Under the pieces are notes generated by a model. It saw only the letters and a program-made list of their open reading frames with translations, was not told where the DNA came from and made no database searches. Shown here piece after piece: positions 26,929 through 39,211 of a DNA stretch of 64,000 bases. Position 1 is the stretch's first letter. Every line of letters starts with the position of its first letter. Position numbers and translations under genes: made by a program. This stretch comes from Octopus sinensis. Its lineage: Eukaryota. The stretch lies in contig NC_042997.1 in assembly GCF_006345805.1 (NCBI RefSeq), forward strand, positions 32,674,001 through 32,738,000. Reading direction: 5' to 3'.

Positions 26929-29900
26929 GTTGACAATAAATAATAGATACCTGAAAAGTGCTTTTAAGTTCTCTGGAAGTTCTGTTCGCCCAGCATAGCC
27001 AGGATTCATGGTAATAAAAATTCCAACGGTAGGAACAATTTTGATGTGTTCCCCCATGAAATTAAATTCCTTCTTTTTGTCTTTGATGGCATCTTGAATG
27101 CTTTTTACTTGGACAGCCACAACAGACAAAACCTCCACAGAGATACGATTGAATTCATCAAAACATCCCCAAGCCCCAGATTGGGCAAGACCTTTGTAGA
27201 TATTACCAACGGACTGGAAATCAAGAAAGATAGAGATTTGATTAGACAAGAGAAATTAGATGCTAAACTTGATTTGTGTTAAGATGTGATTCTATGATTC
27301 TAATCTTGAATGGCAATATGTGATTCAGATCATTATCATCTTCATTTACCATCTGTTTTCCATGCTGACACCGGTTCGATGGTTTGACAGGATCTGGTGA
27401 GCCACAGATCTGCATCATGCTCCATCTCAGCTTTGGCATGGCTTCTATAGCTGGATGCCCTTCTCAATGCCAACCATTTTACAGTATGTGATGGATGCTT
27501 TTTTGGGGCCACCAGCACTGGTGGGATTACCAAATAACTTGCAAGGGAAGAAAGGTAAAAAAGATGGGGAAGAAAAAGGTCCTCTCAATGAAGTGATGGT
27601 GGAAGATATTTGATCAGGAAGAGGTAATTTTTACCTTTCCTCTTCTTACCTTTCCAATATATACATGAGTGTATGTATGTGTGTATGAGTGTATACCATT
27701 AGTACGGCAGTATTTATTATATATTATACTAGGTGGCCCTGTACCATAAAAAATGACAGCTAATTGTATTTTATGTATAAATAAGGTACAAAATAAGGCA
27801 CATAATAGTCACTGATACAAACATTCACATACTTCCCTTGTACATGCACACACATACACATATATACTCACACAGATTTGAAACACTTTGATTTTTCTTT
27901 TCAGCATTGAATGTTCATCATCCCACTTCCATTGCACACACACACACACACACACACAAAACGACTCCCTTTTACATATACACACATATACTCATGCAGA
28001 GTTGAAATGCTGTTTGATTTTTTTTTTCACTGTAGTATTTCCGTCAACCCACTACCAAATTTGCCATCACCCTTACTTTCCTTATTAATCTATCACCCCT
28101 TTTTTTCTCATTCATATGTTGTGACAGAGAAAAACACAAAAGTATTATTATAGTAGCTATTCAGTAATGTCATAGTTTTATGGAACACATGGTGTATACA
28201 CTTTCATTACAAGGAATACAAACCAATGTCAGTATTTGAACTGCATAAGAAAGTGGCAAGCTGGCAGAAACATTAGCATGCTGGGCAAAATGCTTAGCAA
28301 TATTTCGTCTGTCTTATGTTCTGAGTTCAAATTCTGTTGACTTTGCCTTTCATCCTTTCAGGGTCGATAAATTAAGTATCATTGCATATTGGGGTTGATC
28401 TAATCGACTGGCACCCTCCCCAAACAATTTCAGGCCTTGTGCCTTGAGTACAAAAGAATATTTGAACTGCATTAGGTGGTGAGTGGACCGAACCGTTAGC
28501 ACACTGGGCAAAATGCTGAGCGGAATTTTCTTTGTTTTTATGTTCTGAGTTCAAATTCCACCGAGGGCGACTTTGCGTTTCATCCTTTCGGAGTCAATAA
28601 AATAAGTACCAGTTGAACACTGGGATTGATGTAATTGATTTGTCCTCTTCCACAAAATGTGATGGCACATGGCTCAGTGGTTAGAGCATCAAGCTTACGA
28701 TTGTGAGGTTGTGAGCTCGAATCCCGGACCGGGCTGTGTGTTGTGTTCTTGAGCAAGGCACTTTATTTCACGTTGCTCCAGTTCACTCAGCTGTAGAAAT
28801 GAGTTGCGACGTCACAGGTGCCAAGCTGTATCGGCCTTTGCCTTTCCCTTGGATAACACTGGTGGGGTGGAGAGGGAGGGCTGGTATGCATGGGCGACTG
28901 CTGGTCTTCCATAAACAACCTTGCCCGGACTTGTGTCTAAGAGGGTAACTTTCTAGGTGCAATCCCATGGTCACTCATGACCGAAGGGGGTCTTTACCCT
29001 TCCACAAAATTGGTGGCTTTGTGCTAAAATTTGAAATCAATATTTAAACCGTATAGTCTGGACAACAATTTGCTTACCTTATAGTCCATCTGCTCTGAAC
29101 AGTTGAATACGTAGACCATAATACCAAGAGCCCTTCCTAAATCTTTGGTGGTTTCTGTTTTACCGGTACCTGCAGGACCAGCTGGAGCTCCACTCATAAC
29201 GAGATGAAGAGACTGAGTGAGTGTAATATAACACCTAAAACAAAACAAAACAAAAACAAACAAAAATTAACAAACTGCTTTGATAACTTCACATACAAGA
29301 GGGTAACCCAAAAGTTCTCTGTGGGACAAGCCCGTAGTGGTTCAGGCTTCCGCTACTAGAAGTCACTTGATGCAACTGTCAGGCATCATGTCACACCAAT
29401 GCACTATGGTGTATCACTCCATGGTATTACATCAGATCACACCAGTGCACTACAATGCAGCAATTGAGAACCACAGGTTTAAACTATTAAATGTCAGTGG
29501 TTAGAGGGGAAATTTTAAGCACAAAGCAAGTTCCAGAGAGAAGCTGTTCTGGAGAGAAAGGATCATAGTTTATGATTAGTTCAGGTTTGTAGAGGCCCAG
29601 ATGCAGAGGAGGTGAAAGGAGAAGGATAAACAACAGATGAAATAAGTGGGTATAGTTATAGATGACTTACAATGAGCATTGTTGTCATAAGCGGAAAGCG
29701 TAACCTCTCGAAAGAGCTGTTCTTCACTCCTGCTCCAGAGCATTGGCTGCGGGGTCACTCCGAAAAGCTCTATCTGCGGCGATTTCATCTCAATCGAAGA
29801 AGAGGGGCTTTCTCCGTCCGGGTTGCGGATCCGTGGAATAAGCTGCCGGACGAGATAGTGAAAATGCCGACAACCGCTCAGTTCAAAGTCTCTCTTGACC

Positions 29901-32640
29901 AGAAATGGCCTGAACTCTTTGCATGAACACCCTCCCTGTACATAACTCCATGTCCCCCTACATGGCCTTGTCTTTTGCTTTTTGAGCCAAAAAATTAACT
30001 TAACTTAACTTAACAGTGGAAGATAGAGAAAGAGGACACAGCTTGCCAATGGGCAAGTGACAGAAATATGATGGTGAGTAATAGTTTTCTTATCAATGGG
30101 GAGGCATCATAAGATAAACATAATATATTACATGTGATTTGTGAGCCAACAGGGGACACATCAGCAAATATGGTATGCAAGTAAACAACAAACCAAATAA
30201 ATAACTAAAAGCAAAAAAAAAAAGAAATATTGTTAATATACCTGTCTGTAAGAGGAGTTATGACCAGTCGTGGAGCATTACCCAGATACTCGTGGCTGTA
30301 GCGGAATTGGGCATCACAGATGTTAGCAAAGCAATCCTTGGCACCTTGCTCATCCCATCGATGTCTGAGCTGAGACAACCAAGAAAATGCTTGAGCATTA
30401 TCTACTTTATTTGCAATCATTTTTGTTACAACATCTCGAGCGTGTACATCAATGGTACATATGGTCATTATTTTCTGGCGGTCACCTTTGTTCAGCTCAC
30501 CTACAAGCATTGTAATTAAGGCATTCAGCTGCTGGATCTGTGTAAAGAAAAAAGTATTTTAATTATACACACATACACACACACACACATTGTGAACATA
30601 AGTTGAGAAGTTAATTATGCGTAGCCGTATTTCGTCTGTCGTTACATTCTGAGTTCAAATTCCACTGAGGTCAACTTTGCCTTTCATCCTTTTGGGGTCG
30701 ATAAATTAAGTGCCACTGGGGTCGATGTCATCGACTTAATCCCTTTGCCTGTCCTTGTTTGTCCCCTCTGTGTTTAGCCCCTTGTGGGTAGTAAAGAAAT
30801 ATATATGTATAAAAGCACACACTACACTCTCGGAGTGGTTGGTATTAGGAAGGGCATCCAGCTGTAGAAACTCTGCCAGATCAGATTGGAGTCTGGTTCG
30901 CCAGACCTCAGTCAAATCGTCCAACCCATGCTAGCATGGAAAGTGGACATTAAATGATGATGATGATTGTTTATACATAAATATATATGAAAAGATTACT
31001 TTCAAAATCAGATATGTGCATTGGAATGACTTTGGAGTAATTTTTTAAAACAACAACTTGAATATATCTGATATGGACTGGAAGACTAAGATTTGTTTAC
31101 TGTCTATATGGCATCTATCCCAGTTTGAAAATTTCACACATGTGAAGCCAGCAGTTTGCAGATTGTGTTTTAATGGTTATCATGAAATCGACTAAATATG
31201 CACTTATACCAATTTTGAAAGTAAGTTCCTCATATGTATATATTGTTTAATAGTGATCATAGTTTGAGAAATCAATAATACATATATATGTATTATGAGG
31301 TATTTATATTATGTGGCCTACGAGACAAAGGTGGTGTCCAGCAGTAACAGCAGTTAGAGGCAGTGACAGCAAGTGAGAGTGCAGCCATGCACGTCTGGTC
31401 CAGTTAAAAGTACCCCTGATGCGTTGGGCAATATGATATGCTTGAGAAGACCTATTGAGTCAAGTAAAGCCAATATCATAGCTGTGGCCAGAGCCCCTTG
31501 ACTGGCTCCCATGCCTGTGGCACATAAAAAGCACCATCCAAACATGGTCGATGCCAGATCTGCTTGACTGGCTCCTGTGCTCGTGGCACATAAAAAGCAC
31601 CATCCAAACATGGTCGATGCCAGATCTGCTTGACTGGCTCTTGTGCCAGTGGCATGTAAAAAGCACCATCTGAACATGGTTGATGCCAGTACCCGCTGAC
31701 TGGCCCCCATGCTGGTGGCATGTAAAAAGCACTATCCGAACGTGGTCGATGCCAGGCCCACCTGACTGGCTCCTGTGTCAGTGACACGTAAAAAGCACCC
31801 ACTGCACTATCAGAGTGGTTGGTGTTAAGAAGGGCATCCAGGTGTAGCAACATTTCCAGATCAGATTGGAGCCTGGTGCAGCCGCTGGCTCTCCAAACCT
31901 CAGTCAAACTGTCCAACCTATGCCAGCATGGAAAACAGATGTTAAACGATGATGTTGATGATGACGATGATGATGATATATTGTTCATGACAAACTGCAG
32001 TAAAAAGCCATTATAGGTTTGAATATCTCCCAAACATATTTGATGTGGTCTTAAGTTTGTTTATTCTCTATCACTGCTTTGCACATCAACTCAGAATTTA
32101 ATAGAATTGTTTTTAATTTATACAATATTAATATTCTTGTTACCTGTTTTAGATTTGTCTAAAATCTATATATTGACATCACTTTTTACATTTTTAATAA
32201 ATTTACATCAAAGTTTCTGGTTTTCGGAAGTGTGTCTGTAAAAACTACAATATGTCTGTCTGAGGTTATTGTAAGCATTCTTCTGATGACCAAAACTTTT
32301 GTTGCCAGACATGTCAGGGTTTGGTACTCAAACAGAATAAGTTATGTATCAGTCAACCTGCTGAAAATAGCAGCCAAAATTCTTAAAAATCCCACCGTTC
32401 AATATAGATAACATTGAAAACTTTAAATCCTGATGGACTAGAAATTATTCCATCATAGATTTTGAGTATGATTCATCTGTACCTGCACAATATCACTGTT
32501 TATTTCAAGCTACTGAAAGAAGACCTCTGCAGTGGTGCACAATCCACTCGATACAGCAACCTAATTTCTTTCAAATCATATCCTTTCATCTTAAATTAGA
32601 AAAGGATACATTGGAAAATGCCATTCTATATACAGTCCTA

Positions 32641-32674
<34 letters not shown>

Positions 32675-33813
32675 ATGCCTTTGTTAAGATATGTATATAG
32701 TGTATGTGTGTATGTGTATATATATATATCTATATATATAAAACTCAACTTGTGTGTCTGTGTGTTTAACTTCCCGGCACATCTCCTCCTAGCCAACAAA
32801 TCGTAGAACCACAAAAAATGGGTCACTTAAAGTTTAGGCGAATGGAAATTGAACTGCACTATTTCTGTTCCAAAATTCATCTCGCAAGTGCAAAAATCGA
32901 TAATGTGTTTGTTTAGGCCTTATCCCATGCATTGAATAGTGAACTTTACTCAGTCAGCTGTTTGACGTGAACTGTGTTCACCACGCGTGTAAGCATGCAT
33001 AAATTGCATGAAAAATTAAAAATCAAGATATAAAAACGAATCGCCGTAAACATTGTAGAAATTCGGCAAAGAAATGAATTTTCAGGATGTAGCCTGGAGG
33101 GTTTTTTCGTATTAATCGTTTGGACTTTGTGAACACATACCAATTGTTTTCATAACATTTTTAACGCTTTGAATTAAATGTGACCATTTTGCGTTGAGTC
33201 TGCAGTTTGAATCACTTTAACCAAATTTTAGCAGGCCGGATTTTTGATCATCATGATACATCACCAGCGACTCCCTGAAACTCTCCCCTGAAATCCCCGT
33301 TGAGAAATCTATATATATAAAACTCAACTTGTGTGTCTGTGTGTGTATTTGTGTGTGTGTCTGTGTGTTTAACTTTTGGATCTACCAAGTTTCATTATTA
33401 AGGATGGAAAGTAGTGTGTAGCAAATCTATATATATAAAGCTGAAGTTGTCTGTGTGTGGCATGTTTGGTAGCCTTCAACTAATACTATCTCTTTCAAGA
33501 CCCTGCAGCTCAAGTTGACCAAAATTGAGAGTATGATAAAAGAAGGCTTGCTCTTCATTCTGTAGAAGATAAAATTCAAATCGGACCATGTTAACACCAA
33601 AAATTATTTACATCAAAAAGGTGCTTTTTTCTATGAAAATCCCAACTTTTTTACGATTTTTGACTGCTGTGTCACCATTTTTCAGTGTATTTCAACTGGA
33701 AAAATGTTCACTTGAAGAGAATAACAAGTTGCATAATGCAAAATTTTTACTTTTCAAAAATTCCAATTCTAAAGGGTCAAAACAAACCCAAGCAACACTG
33801 GGTGATACTGCTA

Positions 33814-33851
<38 letters not shown>

Positions 33852-36800
33852 TAAATATATATGAAGTTGGTTTTGCTTCTTCTTTCCTTTTGAGGTATAC
33901 AAATAAATGAATGAGTACCAATACAACAAAAAGACTATACTAACAAAATTTTAGCTAATAACATACTACATTATATTAGGCACAGGTATAGCTGTGTGGT
34001 TAAGAAGCTTGCTTCCCATCCACAAGGTTCCAAGTTCAGTCCCACTGCATGGCACCTTGGCCTCGGGCTGACCAAAGCCTTGTAAGTGGATCTGGTAGGT
34101 GTAAAAGATGAAAAAAATAGATTATTCTCAATTTCAAAATTTCCTCACCTGCTTTTTATTATAATCTTTCATTGCATTTTCATAGCCTTCTTCTAGACGA
34201 CCAAAAGCCATATTAACATCAGTCGTCCACCAAATCTGTGTTCCACACAAAGCAACTTGAGCACAATAATCGAATAGCCACAAGTCACGAGCTTTCTCTT
34301 CATATCCTACCACAGCTTCGGTCATCTGATATCGAATGGTGCTTCTCATAGTGTCTAAAACACTATTCAACCAGACTTCTACCTGTTAAATAAGAAGAAA
34401 GAAAAGTTCAATATTCAATCAGATTTTTATTTAAATTAGTTAACAAATCTCAACTGAAGTGTTTTTTTTTTTGCAACAGGAAAAAAAAAATCTGTTTCCA
34501 TCCTACAAGATTGATATGTTGTTAAAAGTGCCAGTGACACGTAAAAAGCACCGTCCGAACGTGGCAGATGCCAGCGCCGCCGCCTGATTGGCGTCCGTGT
34601 CAGTGACACGTAAAAGCACCAACTGATCGTGGCCGTTTGCAAGCCTCCCCTGGCCCCTGTGCTGGTGGCACGAAAAAAGCACCCACTACACTCATAGGGT
34701 GGTTGGCGTTAGGAAGGGCATCCAGCTGTAGAAACACTGCCAGATCAGACTGGAGCCAGGTGCAACCTCCCGGCCCCCCAGACCCCAGTCGAACCATCCA
34801 ACCCATGCTAGCATGGAAAACGGACGTTAAATGATGATGATGATCATGATGATGATGATGAATAGGATGCACTGTTAGGAGTAATGCTGGTATTATTTAC
34901 CAATGGCTTTAACCTGAATAAAGTGGGTAAGACAACTAGCAGAGTTGTTTGTTTATGATATCTTGGGTAAGTGTTTTCTGTTATATAGCTTTGGGCCAAC
35001 TAATGACTTGTGAGTGAATTTGGTAGATAAAGACAATAGGAATACATGTGCATGTGTGCATGTGTTCAAAAAAAGATTAAGGGTACTTCTTGAGCCATAA
35101 GTTCATAAGGTCAGTTTCCCGGAATCTGTGATTTATGTACTCCCTGTTGCATGGCATGGGATGCAAGAGGGGTGGGGTACAGGATTACTCATTTTTGCCA
35201 GCTGTGTGACTTGAGCAATGTGAAATGGAGTGTTTTGCTCAAGAATACAACGCATCACCAGGTCCAAGAATTGAAACCACAATCTTACAATCATAAGTGC
35301 AACACCCTAACCACTAAGCCATACACTTTAACAATAGATAAGTTAGTTACTGACAATTAAACCTTTGTCCAGTCCTTTAACCCTTTAGTGTTTAAACCGG
35401 CCATATCTGGCCCAGATATTCTACATGTTTTATATTCAAACTGACTATATCTAGCCTCTCACACCTAACCTACATTGACATTCTAAAAATAAACAATCAC
35501 ATCATTGAAACCTCAAAGCTATAAAATAATGCCTGATTTTTTAAAACAATTTGAGTGAAAAAGTATTACATTTAACAGAGTAATCTGAACACTAAAGGGT
35601 TAAACTTTGTACTGAAGCAGCACAGTGAACCTCCAAATTGAATAAAAATGCAGAAATATTAAATCTAAAAAAAGAAAAGAATTACACACACAACTGGTCT
35701 AATATTCTTACATTACCTGTCCAGAGCAGTCGCATTTATGGTCAAGAGCCACATATTCTCCATCTTTGCTGTACATTCCTGTAGCTATTTTAGTGTCATT
35801 TCCATCAGAATCTTTCTCAAATTCGAGTTTGGCCAAACTATCAAACAGTTTGGTAAGATGAGTACAAACCTATATAGATTACAGAGAAATATGTAAGGTA
35901 AAATGTCTTTAAAATAATGTTTCAGAGATGGTATATTATAAAGCATGGTTAAATGTATAATTTAATTTCGATATAGTCACAATGCCATACATTCAGAGGG
36001 AAGTGGATGTATAGCCAATTAAATTGTCCCTCAGTATTTGTAAGGATGAAAAGTAAAATCGACTTTGAAAGGATTTCAACTCAGAACAAAATGCAACAAA
36101 TCTAAATACTCTAAAGTATTCTATCTAATGTTCTAATGATTCTACAACCCTTTGGCAAAGGGAGATAAGCACCTAGTGTTTACTATTATAGTAAGGCATT
36201 TCTCCCTCCATGTTTTGAAGAGGTCTTAGGCGAGCAGTGTTTGGGGTCTGAACATACGCCATAAGACCAAACACCTAATGTGCGAGAAACCCAGGGTAAC
36301 TCCATAAACCGGCCTTCCCACCGTACAGATATATAAAAAAATATGGAAAAAAGTGAAAGGAGTATATATAAATATATATATACACGTAAAAAGCACCATC
36401 CGTACATGGCCGATGCCAGTGCCGCCTTGACTGGCTTCCGTGCCGGTGGGACATAAAAACCACCAACCGTTCATGGCCGTTGCCAGCCTACCCTGGCACC
36501 TGTGCCGGTGGCACATAAAAAGCACCATCCGTACGTGGCCGATGCCAGCGCCGCCTTGACTGGCTTCCGTGCTGGTGACACGTAAAAGGCACCAACCGTT
36601 CGTGGCCATTGCCAGCCTACCCTGGCACCTGTGTCGGTGGCACGTAAAAAGCACCATCCGTACATGGCCGATGCCAGCACCTCCTTGACTGGCTTCCATG
36701 CCAGTGGCACATAAAAAGCATCAATCATTCATGGCTGTTGCCAGCCTACCCTGGCACATGTGCCGGTGGCACGTAAAAAGCACCATCCGTATGTGGCAGA

Positions 36801-39160
36801 TGCCAGCACCGCCTTGACTGGCTTCCGTGCCGGTGGCACATAAAAAGCACCAACCGATCATGGCCGTTGCCAGCCTCCCCTGGCACGTAAAAAGCACCCA
36901 CTACACTCACGGAATGGTTGGCGATATGAAGGGCATCCAGCTGTAGAAACACTTCCAGATCAGACTGGAGGCTGGTGCAGCCTCCTGGCTTCCCAGGCCC
37001 CGGTCGAACCGTCCAACCCATGTTAGCATGGAAAACGGACGTTAAACGATGATGATGATGATGATATATATATATGCTTCGCTGGATGTGCAGTGTCAGT
37101 GTGCATGTTCAAGAGAGTGTAAGCATCTTGAGAGAAAAGTTGGGCATAAGAGACATCAGATATGGTGTACAAGAGAGACAACTGTGCTGGTATAGTCTCG
37201 TGATGCATATGGACGAAGATAACCACGTAAAGAAGTGCTGATCTCAAACTGTAGAGGAAACCTGTAGCAGAGGTAGACCCAGGAAGACACAGGGTGAAGT
37301 GGTGAAGCATGATCTTCAAACTTTTGGCCTCACAGAGACAATGATTAGTGACTGAGACCTTTGGCGATATGCTGTGTTTGAGAAGGCTCATCAAGACAAG
37401 TGAAATCATAGTCATGGCCAATGCTGGTGTCACATAACTGGCACTTGTGCCGGTGGCACGTAAAGAGCACCTTTCAAGCGTTGGACCTCATGGAGGCAAA
37501 GTGGCATGTGACAAGCTCCTTTCAAGTGTTGGATCTCACGGAAGCAATGACAAATGACTGAGACCTTTTGCATTATATCATGCTTGAGAAGAAGACCTAT
37601 CAAGCCAAGTAAAATCACAGTCACGGCAGATACTAATGTCATGCAAATGGCACCCGTGCCAGTGGCACGTAAAAGAGCCCATTACACTCTCAGAGTGGTT
37701 GACGTTAGGAAGGACATCCAGCTGTAGAAACCATGCCAAATCATAATGGAGTCTGGTGCAGCCTCCAGCTTGCCAGTCTTGGTCAAACCGTCCAACCTAT
37801 GACAGCTTGGACAACAGATGTTAAATGACGATGATGATGATGATGATGATTGCCAGCCTTGCCTGGCCCCCATGCCGGTGGCACGTAAAAGCACCATCCG
37901 TTCGTGGCCGTTTGCCAGCTCTGTCTGGCACCTGTGCAGGTGGCACGTAAAACACACCCACTACACTCACGGAGTGGTTGACGTTAGGAAGGGCATCCAG
38001 CCGTAGAAACACTGCCAAATCTGACTGGGCCTGATGAAGCCTTCCAGCTTCACAGACCCCAGTTAAACCGTCCAACCCATGCTAGCATGGAAAACGGACG
38101 CTAAATGATGATGATGATGATGATATATATGCTAATATTGAACAGTGAGAATGAGCACTCAACACTGCACTGGTGGATAAATATTATTTATTCGTTAGAT
38201 TAAAAAGGCTACCTTTAGTTTCATGCCAAGCATTCTCAGCAATTATCAAGCCTGCCACATGAGACATTGGTACTTGTCTCTATCTTGGATGAGAATACAA
38301 TAAGGCTACAGTCTCATGTAGCTTCACTGTATCCTCATCCAAGATGGAAACGAGTACCAATGTCCCATGTGACAGATATAATTGCCGAGAATACACAGCA
38401 TGAAACCAAAGGTAGCTTTGTTAACCAACAAAAAAAATGTGTGTAAGTATATATATAATATATATATATCATCATCATCATCGTTTAACGTCCGTTTTCC
38501 AGGCTGGCATGGGTTGGATGGTTTGACTGGGGTCTGGGAAGCCAAAAGACTGCACCAGGCTCCAGTCTGATCTAGCATTGTTTCTACAGCTGGATGCCCT
38601 TCCTAATGCCAACCACTCCGAGAGTGTAGTGGATGCTTTCTTACGTGCCACCAGCACAGGTGCCAGAGGGGGCTGGCATCGACCACGATCAGATGGTGCT
38701 TTTTACGTACCACTGGCACAGAAGCCAGTCAAGGCGGCACTGGCATCGGTCACATTCGGGTGTTGCTTTTTACATGCCACCAGCACAGGGATCGCAACTA
38801 CAATTTCCATTTGAATGTGATTTAATTTGATTTCGACGTACATGACTCAATAGAGCCCCTCAAGCACGGCATGTCGCCCTACAATCCAAGGAACTTTTGA
38901 GTGGGCTGGTTATGCGACACTAGTGTGGGTTACAGCTGTGAACTCACTTTATTTGCCAGGTATGTATGTATGCTGGTTATATTTTTAGTTTCTACATGTT
39001 TTACCATTATGGTTGATTGGAACCCTGTAAGGGCTGTTCGAAGTGCACTGGGATGCTTAACTAGAACAGATCATCAGGGAACACTTTATTGCCTTATGTT
39101 ACAGAAACCTAATGTCTATGTGGAGCTCTAAACATAACAGTAACAGTCATGCATCTGTTT

Positions 39161-39211
<51 letters not shown>

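Noticed and set aside
36387-36887. Regularly spaced repeats resembling a CRISPR array (also 1-387)
   Set aside because: No unique spacers, no cas genes, eukaryotic intron; these are tandem minisatellite units.
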